Shown here: piece after piece, positions 34,459 to 42,677 of the stretch
How the letters are laid out: every line of letters begins with the position of its first letter
Position numbering within the stretch: the stretch's first letter is position 1
Source of the DNA: an uncultured Vicinamibacteraceae bacterium
GTDB lineage: Bacteria; Acidobacteriota; Vicinamibacteria; Vicinamibacterales; JAFNAJ01
Reading direction: 5' to 3'
Assembly: GCA_964387935.1 (NCBI GenBank)
Contig: CAYLZN010000004.1
Span: 4,231 to 53,294, forward strand
DNA: 49,064 nucleotides
The notes under the pieces: generated by a model
What the model was told of the DNA's origin: nothing
Databases searched by the model: none
The model's input: only the letters and a program-made list of their open reading frames with translations
Program-made: the position numbers and the translations under genes

Positions 34459-36013
34459 AGCCGCCGCCGCCGGGCGTCTCGATGCGCAGGCGGTCCCCGG
34501 CGCCGAGCCGGACGCGCGCCTTCGCCTCGATCGGCTCGCTCCGGCCGTCGGCGCGGCGGATGCTGTTGCGTCCGCGGCCGCCCGGCGCTCCACCACAGGC
34601 GCCCCAGGGCGATTCGCGACGTCGCTCGGACAGCACGGTCACCTCCGTGTCGCACAACGCCTCGTACTCGCGCACGAGTCCTTCACCGCCCGGGTAGCGC
34701 CCGGCCCCGCCGCTGCCCTGCCGCAGCGCGTACTCACGGATGCGCACCGGCAGCACGTGTTCGAGGGCCTCCACCGGCGTGTTACGCGTGTTGCTCATGT
34801 GGCAGTGCACGCCACTGAGACCGGGCAGGCCGTTCCGGCCACCCATCCCTCCGCCCAGCGTCTCGTAGTAGGCGAACCTCCGGCCCGACCGGGGGTCCAC
34901 GCCGCCGAGCGTGACGTTGTTCATCGTGCCCTGACTGGCGGCGGGGATCTGGTCCGGCAGCGCCTGCGCGAGCGCGCCCAGGACGACATCGGTGATGCGC
35001 TGAGAGGTTTCGACGTTTCCGCCGGCGACGGCGGCGGGTCTGGTCGCGTTGACGATGGTCCCCTCGGGCGCGATCACGCGCAGCGGGCGGGCAATCCCGT
35101 CGTTGTACAGCACGTCGTCGCGCACGAGGCAGCGGAAGCAATAGAGGCTCGCGGAGAGCGTGATGGCGTGGTTCGCATTCACGCCGCCGTCGGTCTGCGG
35201 GTCGGTGCCCGTGAAGTCCACCGTGGCCGAGGAGCCGCGGATGCGGACGGCGACGCGGATGGTGATCTGGCGATCCGAGAAGCCGTCGCCGTCGAGGACG
35301 TCCTCGAAGCGGTACTCGCCGTCGGGAATCGCGGTGATCGTGGCGCGCAGCACACGCTCGGTGTAGTCCTGGACAGCGGCCGCGTGGCGGTCCACAGTAC
35401 GGTGGCGGTACTTTGCGACGGCGTGGAGCAGCCGGGTCTCAGCGATACGATTCGCCGCGATCTGTGCCGACAGGTCGCCCTCGCGCTCGGCGGGCGTCCG
35501 GACGTTCGCCAGCACGAGCGCCAGGATGTCGGGCACGACCGTGCCGCCCCGCACGAGGGCGACCGGCGGGATGATGAGGCCCTCCTGGAACACCTCGCGT
35601 GCGAGGGGCATCGAGCCGGGGCTCATGCCGCCGACGTCCGAGTGGTGGGCCCGGTTGGCCACGTAGAACGCGGGGGCCCGGCCGCCCGGCACGAAGACCG
35701 GCGCAACCAGCGTGATGTCGGGCAGGTGTGTGCCCCCGCGGAAGGGATCGTTGAGCGCGATCATGTCGCCGGGCCGCATCGCCGCCTGGTCGATGGCGGC
35801 CCGCACTGACAGCGGCATCGCGCCGAGGTGCACGGGCATGTGGTCGCCCTGTGCAATGGTGTGTCCGTGGGCATCGTAGAGGGCACAGGAGTAGTCGAGC
35901 CGCTCCTTGATGTTCGGCGAGAACCCGGTCCGGCACAGCGTGACGCCCATCTCCTCGGCGATGGACACGAACAGGTTCTTGAAGATCTCGAATTCGATCG
36001 GGTCGATGCGCAT
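34448..36013 (-). CDS. hyuB: Hydantoinase B / oxoprolinase family protein (ATP-dependent lactamase/carboxylase beta-type subunit)
   Basis: The ATG at 36011-36013 gives MRIDPIEFEIFKNLFVSIAEEMG..., the canonical HyuB N-terminus. Also present are SPNIKERLDYSCALYD, GDHMPVHLGAM and GGGGYG near the C-terminus. Confidence 0.85.
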   Translation of the reverse strand: MRIDPIEFEIFKNLFVSIAEEMGVTLCRTGFSPNIKERLDYSCALYDAHGHTIAQGDHMPVHLGAMPLSVRAAIDQAAMRPGDMIALNDPFRGGTHLPDITLVAPVFVPGGRAPAFYVANRAHHSDVGGMSPGSMPLAREVFQEGLIIPPVALVRGGTVVPDILALVLANVRTPAEREGDLSAQIAANRIAETRLLHAVAKYRHRTVDRHAAAVQDYTERVLRATITAIPDGEYRFEDVLDGDGFSDRQITIRVAVRIRGSSATVDFTGTDPQTDGGVNANHAITLSASLYCFRCLVRDDVLYNDGIARPLRVIAPEGTIVNATRPAAVAGGNVETSQRITDVVLGALAQALPDQIPAASQGTMNNVTLGGVDPRSGRRFAYYETLGGGMGGRNGLPGLSGVHCHMSNTRNTPVEALEHVLPVRIREYALRQGSGGAGRYPGGEGLVREYEALCDTEVTVLSERRRESPWGACGGAPGGRGRNSIRRADGRSEPIEAKARVRLGAGDRLRIETPGGGGYGR

Positions 36014-36060
36014 CGTGATGGACGCGGTTCCAGAATTTTTTCGGGGTGTGGCAAAAATTG

Positions 36061-38094
36061 CTAAAAGGACTCCCGACCCCTTTTCACCACCGCATTGCCG
36101 CAAGGATCGATGTGAAATCGGTAGCCCGGCGGCACGACGGTGGTGGCCTGCGCTCCCGCCAGCAGCGCCGGGCCCCCGGCGGTCATCCCAGGCGCGAGGC
36201 CTTCGACGTGGTACACGGGCGTCTTCCGGGGCCGGCCGCCAAACCAGGTGTTCGCCACGCGGACGGGAACCGGCCTTGCCCGCGACAGCCGCCGGACCCG
36301 TGGTAACCCCGGCTTCTCCGTCAGCCCTATCGCCTTCACCCGCAGGGTCACCAGTTCGGCCGGACGCCCTGGGTCCGCATACCCGTAGAGACGGGCGTGC
36401 AACCGGTCGAACGCTGCGCGGAAGCCCCCGGCGAACGGCACCGTGAGCTCGTACGACTGCCCGACGTAGCGCAGATCCAGGAAGCGCGCGAGTCGGAGGC
36501 GCGCACCCTCGAACCCTTCCGCCCGAAGCTCCCGCGCGGCCGCCGCTTCGAGCGGCGCGAACCTCCGTTCGAACCAGGCCGCGGTGACCGCTTCCACTGG
36601 CTGCAGCACGCTCTGCGAGTAGTCCCGCGTGACCTCGGCCAGCAGCATCCCGAGCGCGGAGAGCACCCCCGCGTGGCGCGGCACGACGACCGTGCCAATC
36701 TCCAGCGTGCTCGCGATCTCGCAGGCGTGCATGCCGCCGGCGCCGCCGAACGCCACGAGCGCGAAGTCGCGCGTGTCGTGGCCCCGCTGGACCGACACGA
36801 CCCTGATCGCGCGCTCCATGTTCGCATTCGCGATACGCACCACGCCGTGCGCGAGCGCGAGGGGTTCCAGCCGGAGCCGCTTCGCCAGCACGCCCGCCGC
36901 ACGCGCCGCGCGGCGACCGTCCAGCGTCATCCGGCCGCCGAGGAAATAGTCGGGATCCAGCCTGCCCAGGAGCAGATTGGCATCCGTCACCGTGAAGTCC
37001 TCGCCGCTGCCGTAGCAGGCGGGTCCCGGATCGGCGCCTGCCGAGCGCGGGCCGACACGCAGGGCCCCGCCAGCGTCCAGCCAGGCAATGGAGCCCCCGC
37101 CAGCACCGACGGTGTGAATGTCGATCATCGGCAGGCGGACGGGAAAATCACCGACACTCGACTCCGTGGTCACCCCGATCGCGCGGTCGATCAGCGTGAC
37201 GTCGGTTGACGTGCCGCCCATGTCGAAGCCGATGGCGCGGGGGAACCCTGCGGCAGACGCCACCGCGTGTGCGCCCACCGCCCCGGCCGCCGGGCCGGAC
37301 AGGATGGTCTGCACCGACGCCGCCTGCGCACGTGCGGCCGAGATGGAGCCGCCGTTCGACTGCATGATGCTCAATCGCGTCCGCCCCAGGGCGCCGGCCA
37401 GCGCGCCCAGATAGCGGCTCATGACGGGCGTCACGTACGCGTTGACGACGGTGGTGCTCCAGCGCTCGAATTCCCGGTACTCGGGAAGCACCGTCGACGA
37501 CGCAGAGACGGCAAAGCCCGCGCGCTCGAGCAGGTGCGCGGCACGACGCTCGTGGTCCGGGTTGGCGTACGAATGGAGGAAACAGACGGCGACCGATTCC
37601 ACGCCTCCGTCCCGGAACCGCTCGACGAGGGCCTCGATCGCGGCCTCATCGAGCGGCTCCAGCACCGTGCCTTCGGCGGTCATCCGCTCGTTGACGCCCA
37701 CGGTGAGAGTGGGATCGACCAGCGGGCGCCGGTCCTCGACGAGGAAGTTGTACAGCTCGCGCCGCGTCTGCCGGCCGATGCGCAGCACGTCGCTGAAGCC
37801 GGCCGTCGCGACGAGCGCAACCCGGGCACCCTTCCGCTCGAGCAGCGCGTTGGTGGCCACCGTCGAGCCGTGAACGACCTCGAGGCCAGGCGGCCATGGC
37901 GCGCGTTGTCGCAGCGGGGCCCCGTCCTGCTCGAGGATCTCGCACAGGCCCTGGAGGATGGCGCGCGACGGGTCGTCCGGGGTCGATCGCACCTTGTGCA
38001 CGCGCAGGCCCGCCGCGTCCAGCCGCACGAGATCCGTAAAGGTCCCACCGGTGTCCACGCCGATCCTGAGGATGCGCTGCCGCTGACGGTTCAA
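36061..38094 (-). CDS. hyuA: Hydantoinase A / oxoprolinase family protein (ATP-binding subunit)
   Basis: 677 aa. RIGVDTGGTFTDLV is an actin-like ATPase fold phosphate-1 motif. FDMGGTSTDV and FGGAGGMHA are also present. Confidence 0.85.
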   Translation of the reverse strand: MNRQRQRILRIGVDTGGTFTDLVRLDAAGLRVHKVRSTPDDPSRAILQGLCEILEQDGAPLRQRAPWPPGLEVVHGSTVATNALLERKGARVALVATAGFSDVLRIGRQTRRELYNFLVEDRRPLVDPTLTVGVNERMTAEGTVLEPLDEAAIEALVERFRDGGVESVAVCFLHSYANPDHERRAAHLLERAGFAVSASSTVLPEYREFERWSTTVVNAYVTPVMSRYLGALAGALGRTRLSIMQSNGGSISAARAQAASVQTILSGPAAGAVGAHAVASAAGFPRAIGFDMGGTSTDVTLIDRAIGVTTESSVGDFPVRLPMIDIHTVGAGGGSIAWLDAGGALRVGPRSAGADPGPACYGSGEDFTVTDANLLLGRLDPDYFLGGRMTLDGRRAARAAGVLAKRLRLEPLALAHGVVRIANANMERAIRVVSVQRGHDTRDFALVAFGGAGGMHACEIASTLEIGTVVVPRHAGVLSALGMLLAEVTRDYSQSVLQPVEAVTAAWFERRFAPLEAAAARELRAEGFEGARLRLARFLDLRYVGQSYELTVPFAGGFRAAFDRLHARLYGYADPGRPAELVTLRVKAIGLTEKPGLPRVRRLSRARPVPVRVANTWFGGRPRKTPVYHVEGLAPGMTAGGPALLAGAQATTVVPPGYRFHIDPCGNAVVKRGRESF

Positions 38095-38127
38095 CTCGAC
38101 CTGCCCTCCGCGGCGACGCCCGCGCGA

Positions 38128-39660
38128 TCACTTCATCTGCGGGAACCCGAGGTTCACACCCCGGTGACGGGGGTCCGGCCACCGAACGGTCACGACCTTG
38201 CCCCGGGTGCAGAAATGCACACCCTCGCGCCCGTGGACGTGCGAGTCCCCGAACAGGGAACTCTTCCACCCGCCAAACGAATAGTAGGCCATCGGCACCG
38301 GGATCGGCACGTTGATCCCGACCATGCCCACCTGGACCTCATGCTGGAAGCGCCGCGCCGCGCCGCCGTCATTGGTGAACAGTGCCACCCCGTTGGCCCA
38401 GCGGTTCGCGTTGACGAGCGCCAGCGCGACGTCGTAGGTCTCGGTGCGCACGACCGCAAGCACGGGACCGAAGATCTCGTCCTCGTAGATGCTCATGCCG
38501 GGCTTCACGTGGTCGAAGAGGCAGGGGCCGAGGAAATACCCTCGCTCGTGCCCGGGCACGCGCACCAGGCGCCCATCCTCCAGGAGCGTCGCCCCTTCCG
38601 CCTCGCCGCGCTCGACGTATGACAGCACCCGCGTGAACAGGTCCCTGGACGACAGCGGTCCCATCTCGGCCCCATCATCCAGGCCCGGTGCCACCTTCAG
38701 CCGCCGCAGCCGCTCACGCACGCGAGGCAGCAGGCGGTCCGCCACGTCGCCGACGGCGACGATGACCGAGATCGCCATGCACCGCTGTCCCGTGGATCCG
38801 TAACCCGCGCTGACCGCGGAATCCGCTGCCAGGTCCAGGTCCGCATCCGGGAGCACGACCATGTGATTCTTGGCGCCGCCGAGCGCCTGCACGCGCTTGC
38901 CCGCGCGCGTCCCCCTCTCGTACACGTGGCGGGCCGTTGCGGTCGAGCCCACGAAGCTCACCGCCTGGATGCCGGGGTGGTCGAGCAGGGCGTCCACCGT
39001 GACCTTGTCTCCGTGCACCACACTGAAGACGCCCTCCGGCAGGCCGGCCTCCGCCAGCCGCTGGGCGAGCCACAGCGAGGCCGAGGGGTTCCGCTCCGAG
39101 GGCTTGAGGATGAAGGCGTTCCCACAGGCGATCGCCACGGGAAACAACCAGAGCGGCACCATCGCGGGGACGTTGAACGGCGTGATCCCCGCGACCACGC
39201 CGAGCGGCTGACGAATGGAGTAGCTGTCCACGCCGGTGGTGACGCCCTCGGAGAACTCCCCTTTCAGCAGTTGCGGCAGCCCGCAGGCGAACTCGACGAC
39301 CTCGAGCCCGCGCGTCACCTCGCCGAGCGCGTCGGAGAGTACCTTGCCGTGTTCGCGCGTGAGCACCTCAGCCAGCTCCCGCTTGCGGGTCTCGACGAGT
39401 TCCCGGAACCTGAACATGACCCGGGCGCGTGTGGCAAGGGACGCCTCGCGCCAGGCCAGCGCGGCGCGGCCAGCGGCCGCCACCGCCGCGTCCACGACGT
39501 CGGCGTCGGCAAACGCGACTCGCGCGATCGCGTCACCGGTGGCGGGGTTGCAGACCTCGCCGAACCGGCTGGGCGTCCCTCCCCAGGGCGCGCCAGCAAT
39601 CCAGTGCGTCAGCGTGTCGGTGGGCGTCGTCGTGGCAGACGTCGGCGGGGTCGGGGCCAT
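38128..39660 (-). CDS. mmsA: CoA-acylating methylmalonate-semialdehyde / malonate-semialdehyde dehydrogenase
   Basis: 510 aa of the ALDH superfamily. FPVAIACGNAFILKPSE, VSFVGST and GQRCMA (catalytic Cys) are present. The absence of the usual catalytic Glu context is typical of MmsA, and the C-terminal ..WPDP.. tail is also characteristic. Confidence 0.8.
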   Translation of the reverse strand: MAPTPPTSATTTPTDTLTHWIAGAPWGGTPSRFGEVCNPATGDAIARVAFADADVVDAAVAAAGRAALAWREASLATRARVMFRFRELVETRKRELAEVLTREHGKVLSDALGEVTRGLEVVEFACGLPQLLKGEFSEGVTTGVDSYSIRQPLGVVAGITPFNVPAMVPLWLFPVAIACGNAFILKPSERNPSASLWLAQRLAEAGLPEGVFSVVHGDKVTVDALLDHPGIQAVSFVGSTATARHVYERGTRAGKRVQALGGAKNHMVVLPDADLDLAADSAVSAGYGSTGQRCMAISVIVAVGDVADRLLPRVRERLRRLKVAPGLDDGAEMGPLSSRDLFTRVLSYVERGEAEGATLLEDGRLVRVPGHERGYFLGPCLFDHVKPGMSIYEDEIFGPVLAVVRTETYDVALALVNANRWANGVALFTNDGGAARRFQHEVQVGMVGINVPIPVPMAYYSFGGWKSSLFGDSHVHGREGVHFCTRGKVVTVRWPDPRHRGVNLGFPQMK

Positions 39661-39688
39661 GGGCGCTCCGTTCTCAGGGTGTCCGCTG

Positions 39689-39694
39689 ATTATA
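39689..39694 (-). promoter_or_regulatory. Perfect TATAAT -10 hexamer (minus strand) upstream of mmsA
   Basis: Plus-strand ATTATA at 39689-39694 reads TATAAT on the minus strand, 28 nt upstream of the mmsA ATG (39660). GGAG lies 6 nt before the ATG. No clear -35 is present. Confidence 0.35.
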
Positions 39695-39729
39695 GGAGAG
39701 AGCGCGCCCGCGCGCGCAGGGAGGACGTG

Positions 39730-39758
39730 GACGGGGCCGGCCGCAGGCCGACCCCGTC
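39730..39758 (-). terminator. Strong GC hairpin immediately downstream of the DUF5666-like gene
   Basis: GACGGGGCCGGCC (39730-39742) pairs with GGCCGACCCCGTC (39746-39758): 12 of 13 bp with a 3-nt loop. It lies 21 nt after the stop at 39780. There is no U-tract. Confidence 0.5.
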
Positions 39759-39779
39759 CGCGAAGACGAGCACGCGATC

Positions 39780-40424
39780 CTAGGACTTGCCGATCACGCG
39801 AACGTCGGTGGCGTGCAGCTTCCCCGCCATGTCGTGGAAGGTGACGACCACGCGGTCGTTCATCTTGACCAGTTCGCTCAGCGTGGGCGTCTTTCCTGCA
39901 GCCTCGGCCTGGCGGGTCGCCGTGCCGAGCCCCGAGCCGACGATCTTGGTCTTCGAATCGACGGCGAAGGTCCAGGTGGCCGCATCGCCCTTCACCGTGA
40001 TCGAGTTCGGCCCCACAGCGGTCACGACGCCCCGCGCGCTCGTGCCAGACTCCGGCATCTTGGCTTCGCCGGACATGCCTTCGGGAGCGGACACCCCCGT
40101 CCGGATCTCGGTGGCCTTCATCGAGTCGCCCGCATAGTGCACCTCGATCTTGTCACCGGCCTTGAGGGCCTGGTTGAGCGGGAGTCCCTTTTCGCCGGCC
40201 GCCTGCGCGGCACGAGTCTTGGTTCCGAGGCCCGAGCCCACCATCTCGGTCGCCGCATCGACCTTGAACGCCATGTCCTTGCCCTGCACGGTCACGGTCA
40301 CCGAATCGCCGGTCACCGCCTTCACCGTGCCACGGACCCACTTCTGCTGGGCCAGCGCGCTGGCTGGCAGCGTCAGGACCAACGCCACCCCGGCAGCGGT
40401 CAACAGCCCCATCATTCTGCCCAT
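39780..40424 (-). CDS. Secreted protein made of two tandem ~80 aa beta-rich repeats (DUF5666-like)
   Basis: 214 aa. AAGGAGG lies 6 nt upstream of the ATG, and the signal peptide ends in ..PASALAQQ. Repeat 1 is VRGTVKAVTGDSVTVTVQGKDMAFKVDAATEMVGSGLGTKTRAAQAAG... Repeat 2 is ARGVVTAVGPNSITVKGDAATWTFAVDSKTKIVGSGLGTATRQAEAAG... Confidence 0.6.
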   Translation of the reverse strand: MGRMMGLLTAAGVALVLTLPASALAQQKWVRGTVKAVTGDSVTVTVQGKDMAFKVDAATEMVGSGLGTKTRAAQAAGEKGLPLNQALKAGDKIEVHYAGDSMKATEIRTGVSAPEGMSGEAKMPESGTSARGVVTAVGPNSITVKGDAATWTFAVDSKTKIVGSGLGTATRQAEAAGKTPTLSELVKMNDRVVVTFHDMAGKLHATDVRVIGKS

Positions 40425-40650
40425 CCCGACCTCCTTGAGTTGATTTGCAGCCGCCTTATTCTACGCATTCTACGTCGCCCCACTGCTCACGCCGCGACCG
40501 CAATTGCTGAGCTTGGAGCTATGTTGTCGCGCCTCGAGGGACGTCAAGACGCTACACCAGCAGTAACGGAAAACGAAGGGCCCGGTTCGATCCCGGAGGG
40601 ATCCGTGCTCATGCGGGCTCGTTCCACATGTGACAGTAGGCCTTCCACCA

Positions 40651-40679
40651 CCCCCCCCCCACCCCCCCCCCGCCCCCCC
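40651..40679. repeat. Compound homopolymer tract C10-A-C10-G-C7 (G-rich on the minus, transcribed strand)
   Basis: Direct reading gives 40651-40660 C10, 40661 A, 40662-40671 C10, 40672 G and 40673-40679 C7. Confidence 0.95.
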
Positions 40680-40722
40680 GGCCGCGCCCAACCACCCGGA
40701 AACGAAAACCGCCCGCCATCGG

Positions 40723-41007
40723 TTAGAAGTAGAGCCCGGCCGCCGAGCGCACGAAAGCCCAGTCGCCGAGGATACGTACCTCGTCGGGGGGGTCGAGCGT
40801 CACGCGGAACCGGGCCTGCGCAAACGAGCGGCCCAGCCAGGCCTCGAGGGCCCCCTTGCCCTGGAGAGTCTCCTGCCCCGGTGGCATGACGACCACGTCA
40901 TCGGTCACGAACGCCAGGTAGTTGCGCACGTCACCCGCTTCGGCGGCGCGGGGCCAGTCCTCGTAGAAATGGCGGATGGCCGCCAGATCGGTGGTGTTCG
41001 AGTTCAT
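40723..41007 (-). CDS. NTF2-fold (SnoaL/DUF4440-like) protein, apparently C-terminally truncated (94 aa)
   Basis: MNSNTTDLAAIRHFYEDWPRAAEAGDVRNYLAFVTDDVVVMPPGQETLQGKGALEAWL... is a typical NTF2-like N-terminal alpha+beta region. The ORF stops at TAA 40723-40725, before the last beta-strands (see findings). Confidence 0.6.
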   Translation of the reverse strand: MNSNTTDLAAIRHFYEDWPRAAEAGDVRNYLAFVTDDVVVMPPGQETLQGKGALEAWLGRSFAQARFRVTLDPPDEVRILGDWAFVRSAAGLYF

Positions 41008-41201
41008 CCTTCACCTCCAGGCCGCGCCGGCGGATGCGGCAGCGCGGCGCCGTGACGGAACGGACACGTGACGGTCGCAGCAGTATACGACGTCCTCCGC
41101 GTGACGTCCGCCACATCACGCCGGCACATGACATCGGTCATAGGCCTGCCCTGGCGGCGGTGGTAGCGTCGCGCCCGTCTGTCACTCTCAGGAGGCCGCC
41201 C

Positions 41202-41693
41202 GTGATCCACACCCTGTCTCGTCGTGTCATGGCCGTTGGAATGTCCCTGTTCGTCGTCGCGGTGCTCGCTGCCGCGCCCGCCGCCGCTCAGCCCAAGGAC
41301 ATCGTCGACACGGCTGTCGCCGCCGGGTCGTTCAAGACGCTGGTGTCGGCGGTTCAGGCGGCCGGCCTCGTGGAGGTGCTCAAGGGTGCCGGTCCCTACA
41401 CCGTGTTCGCGCCCACCGACGAGGCGTTCGCCAAGATCCCGAAGACCGACCTCGACGCACTCATCAAGGACAAGGCGAAGCTCCAGAGCGTGCTGAAGTA
41501 CCACGTGCTCGCCGCCAACGTGAACAGCTCGGACCTGAAGGCGATGAAGGACTTCGGCACCGTGCAAGGGGGCCGGATCACGCTCGACGCGACCAAGGGG
41601 CTGAAGGTCAACGACGCGACCGTGATCAAGGCGGACGTGCCCGCCAGCAACGGCATCATCCACGTCATCGACACCGTCCTGCTGCCCAAGTAG
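41202..41693 (+). CDS. Fasciclin (FAS1) domain secreted protein
   Basis: The GTG at 41202 lies 6 nt after CAGGAGG; an alternative ATG exists at 41229. A signal peptide is present. DIVDTAVAAGSFKTLVSAVQAAGLVEVLKG.GPYTVFAPTDEAF and NGIIHVIDTVLLP are the conserved FAS1 H1/H2 boxes. Confidence 0.85.
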   Translation: MIHTLSRRVMAVGMSLFVVAVLAAAPAAAQPKDIVDTAVAAGSFKTLVSAVQAAGLVEVLKGAGPYTVFAPTDEAFAKIPKTDLDALIKDKAKLQSVLKYHVLAANVNSSDLKAMKDFGTVQGGRITLDATKGLKVNDATVIKADVPASNGIIHVIDTVLLPK

Positions 41694-41744
41694 GCGCAGG
41701 CGCGAGGTTCCTGCCATAATGGCGGGCCGGCGTCGCCGGCCCGC

Positions 41745-42677
41745 ATGACTCGCCACGCGGACCTGCTCGATCGGGCGTCCCTCAAGCGATACGCCTGGCT
41801 GTCCATCGCGGCGGCGCTGGCGACCATCGCGTTCAAAACGCTCGCCTGGTTGCTCACCGGGTCGGTCGGCCTGCTCTCCGACGCCCTCGAGTCGTTCGTC
41901 AATCTGGCGGGCGGCGTGGTGGCGCTGGCGATGCTGTCGGTCGCAGCGCGCCCCGCGGACGAGGATCACGCCTACGGCCACAGCAAGGCGGAGTATTTCT
42001 CCAGCGGGGTCGAAGGCACGCTGATCGTCGTGGCCGCCGTCAGCATCGCGACCGCGGCGGTTGAGCGGCTGCTCCATCCCCAGCCGTTGCATCAGCTCGG
42101 CACGGGCCTGGCCGTCTCGGTCCTGGCCTCCCTGCTCAACCTCGCGGTGGCCCTGACCCTCCGACGTGCGGGGCGCCGGCACAACTCGATCACCCTTCAG
42201 GCCAACGCGCAACACCTGCTCACCGACGTGTGGACCTCGGCGGGTGTGCTCTTCGGCATCGGCATGGTGGCCCTCACGGGCTGGCAGCCCCTGGATCCCC
42301 TGATCGCCCTGGCCGTGGCCGCCAACATCGTGTGGGCGGGCGGGAGGATCGTCCGCACGTCGGTCATGGGACTGATGGATACAGCGCTCCCCGCGGCCGA
42401 ACAGGAAGCGGTGCGCGCCGCGCTCGAGCCCTATCTTGCAGACGGCGTGCAGTACCACGCCCTGCGCACGCGACGCTCGGGAGCGCGGCGATTCGTCTCG
42501 CTCCACGTGCTCGTGCCGGGCTCGTGGACGGTGACCCGCGGCCATCATCTGCTGGAACAGATCGAGGCCGACATCCGCCGGACCTTGTCGAACGTGACGA
42601 TCTTCACCCATCTCGAGTCGCTCGACGACCCGACCTCGTGGGAAGACCAGACGCTCGACCGGACGGATCGGCGGTGA
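41745..42677 (+). CDS. Cation diffusion facilitator (CDF) family metal efflux transporter
   Basis: 310 aa. [15 protein letters not shown] and [11 protein letters not shown] (TM2 / the following loop) plus [12 protein letters not shown] (TM5 H-x-x-x-D) form the CDF metal site. A cytoplasmic C-terminal domain is present. Confidence 0.85.
   Translation: MTRHADLLDRASLKRYAWLSIAAALATIAFKTLAWLLTGSVGLLSDALESFVNLAGGVVALAMLSVAARPADEDHAYGHSKAEYFSSGVEGTLIVVAAVSIATAAVERLLHPQPLHQLGTGLAVSVLASLLNLAVALTLRRAGRRHNSITLQANAQHLLTDVWTSAGVLFGIGMVALTGWQPLDPLIALAVAANIVWAGGRIVRTSVMGLMDTALPAAEQEAVRAALEPYLADGVQYHALRTRRSGARRFVSLHVLVPGSWTVTRGHHLLEQIEADIRRTLSNVTIFTHLESLDDPTSWEDQTLDRTDRR

Noticed and set aside
40581-40597. 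A tRNA-like T-arm (CCCGG-TTCGATC-CCGGA, containing GGTTCGATCC) in the 40.43-40.72 kb gap. It suggested a tRNA gene or a tRNA-derived att remnant.
   Set aside because: I could not build an acceptor stem, D-arm or anticodon arm from the ~75 nt upstream on either strand. The stem is only 4 bp. No integrase or direct repeat copy is visible nearby. The sequence also overlaps nothing else interpretable, so it is probably a chance match. tRNAscan/ARAGORN would settle it.
40630-41055. ORF 40630..41055(+), encoding a poly-Pro N-terminus (MTVGLPPPPPHPPPAPPAAP...).
   Set aside because: The poly-Pro is just the C-tract read in one frame. The remainder is antisense to the NTF2-like ORF, which has a credible fold signature.
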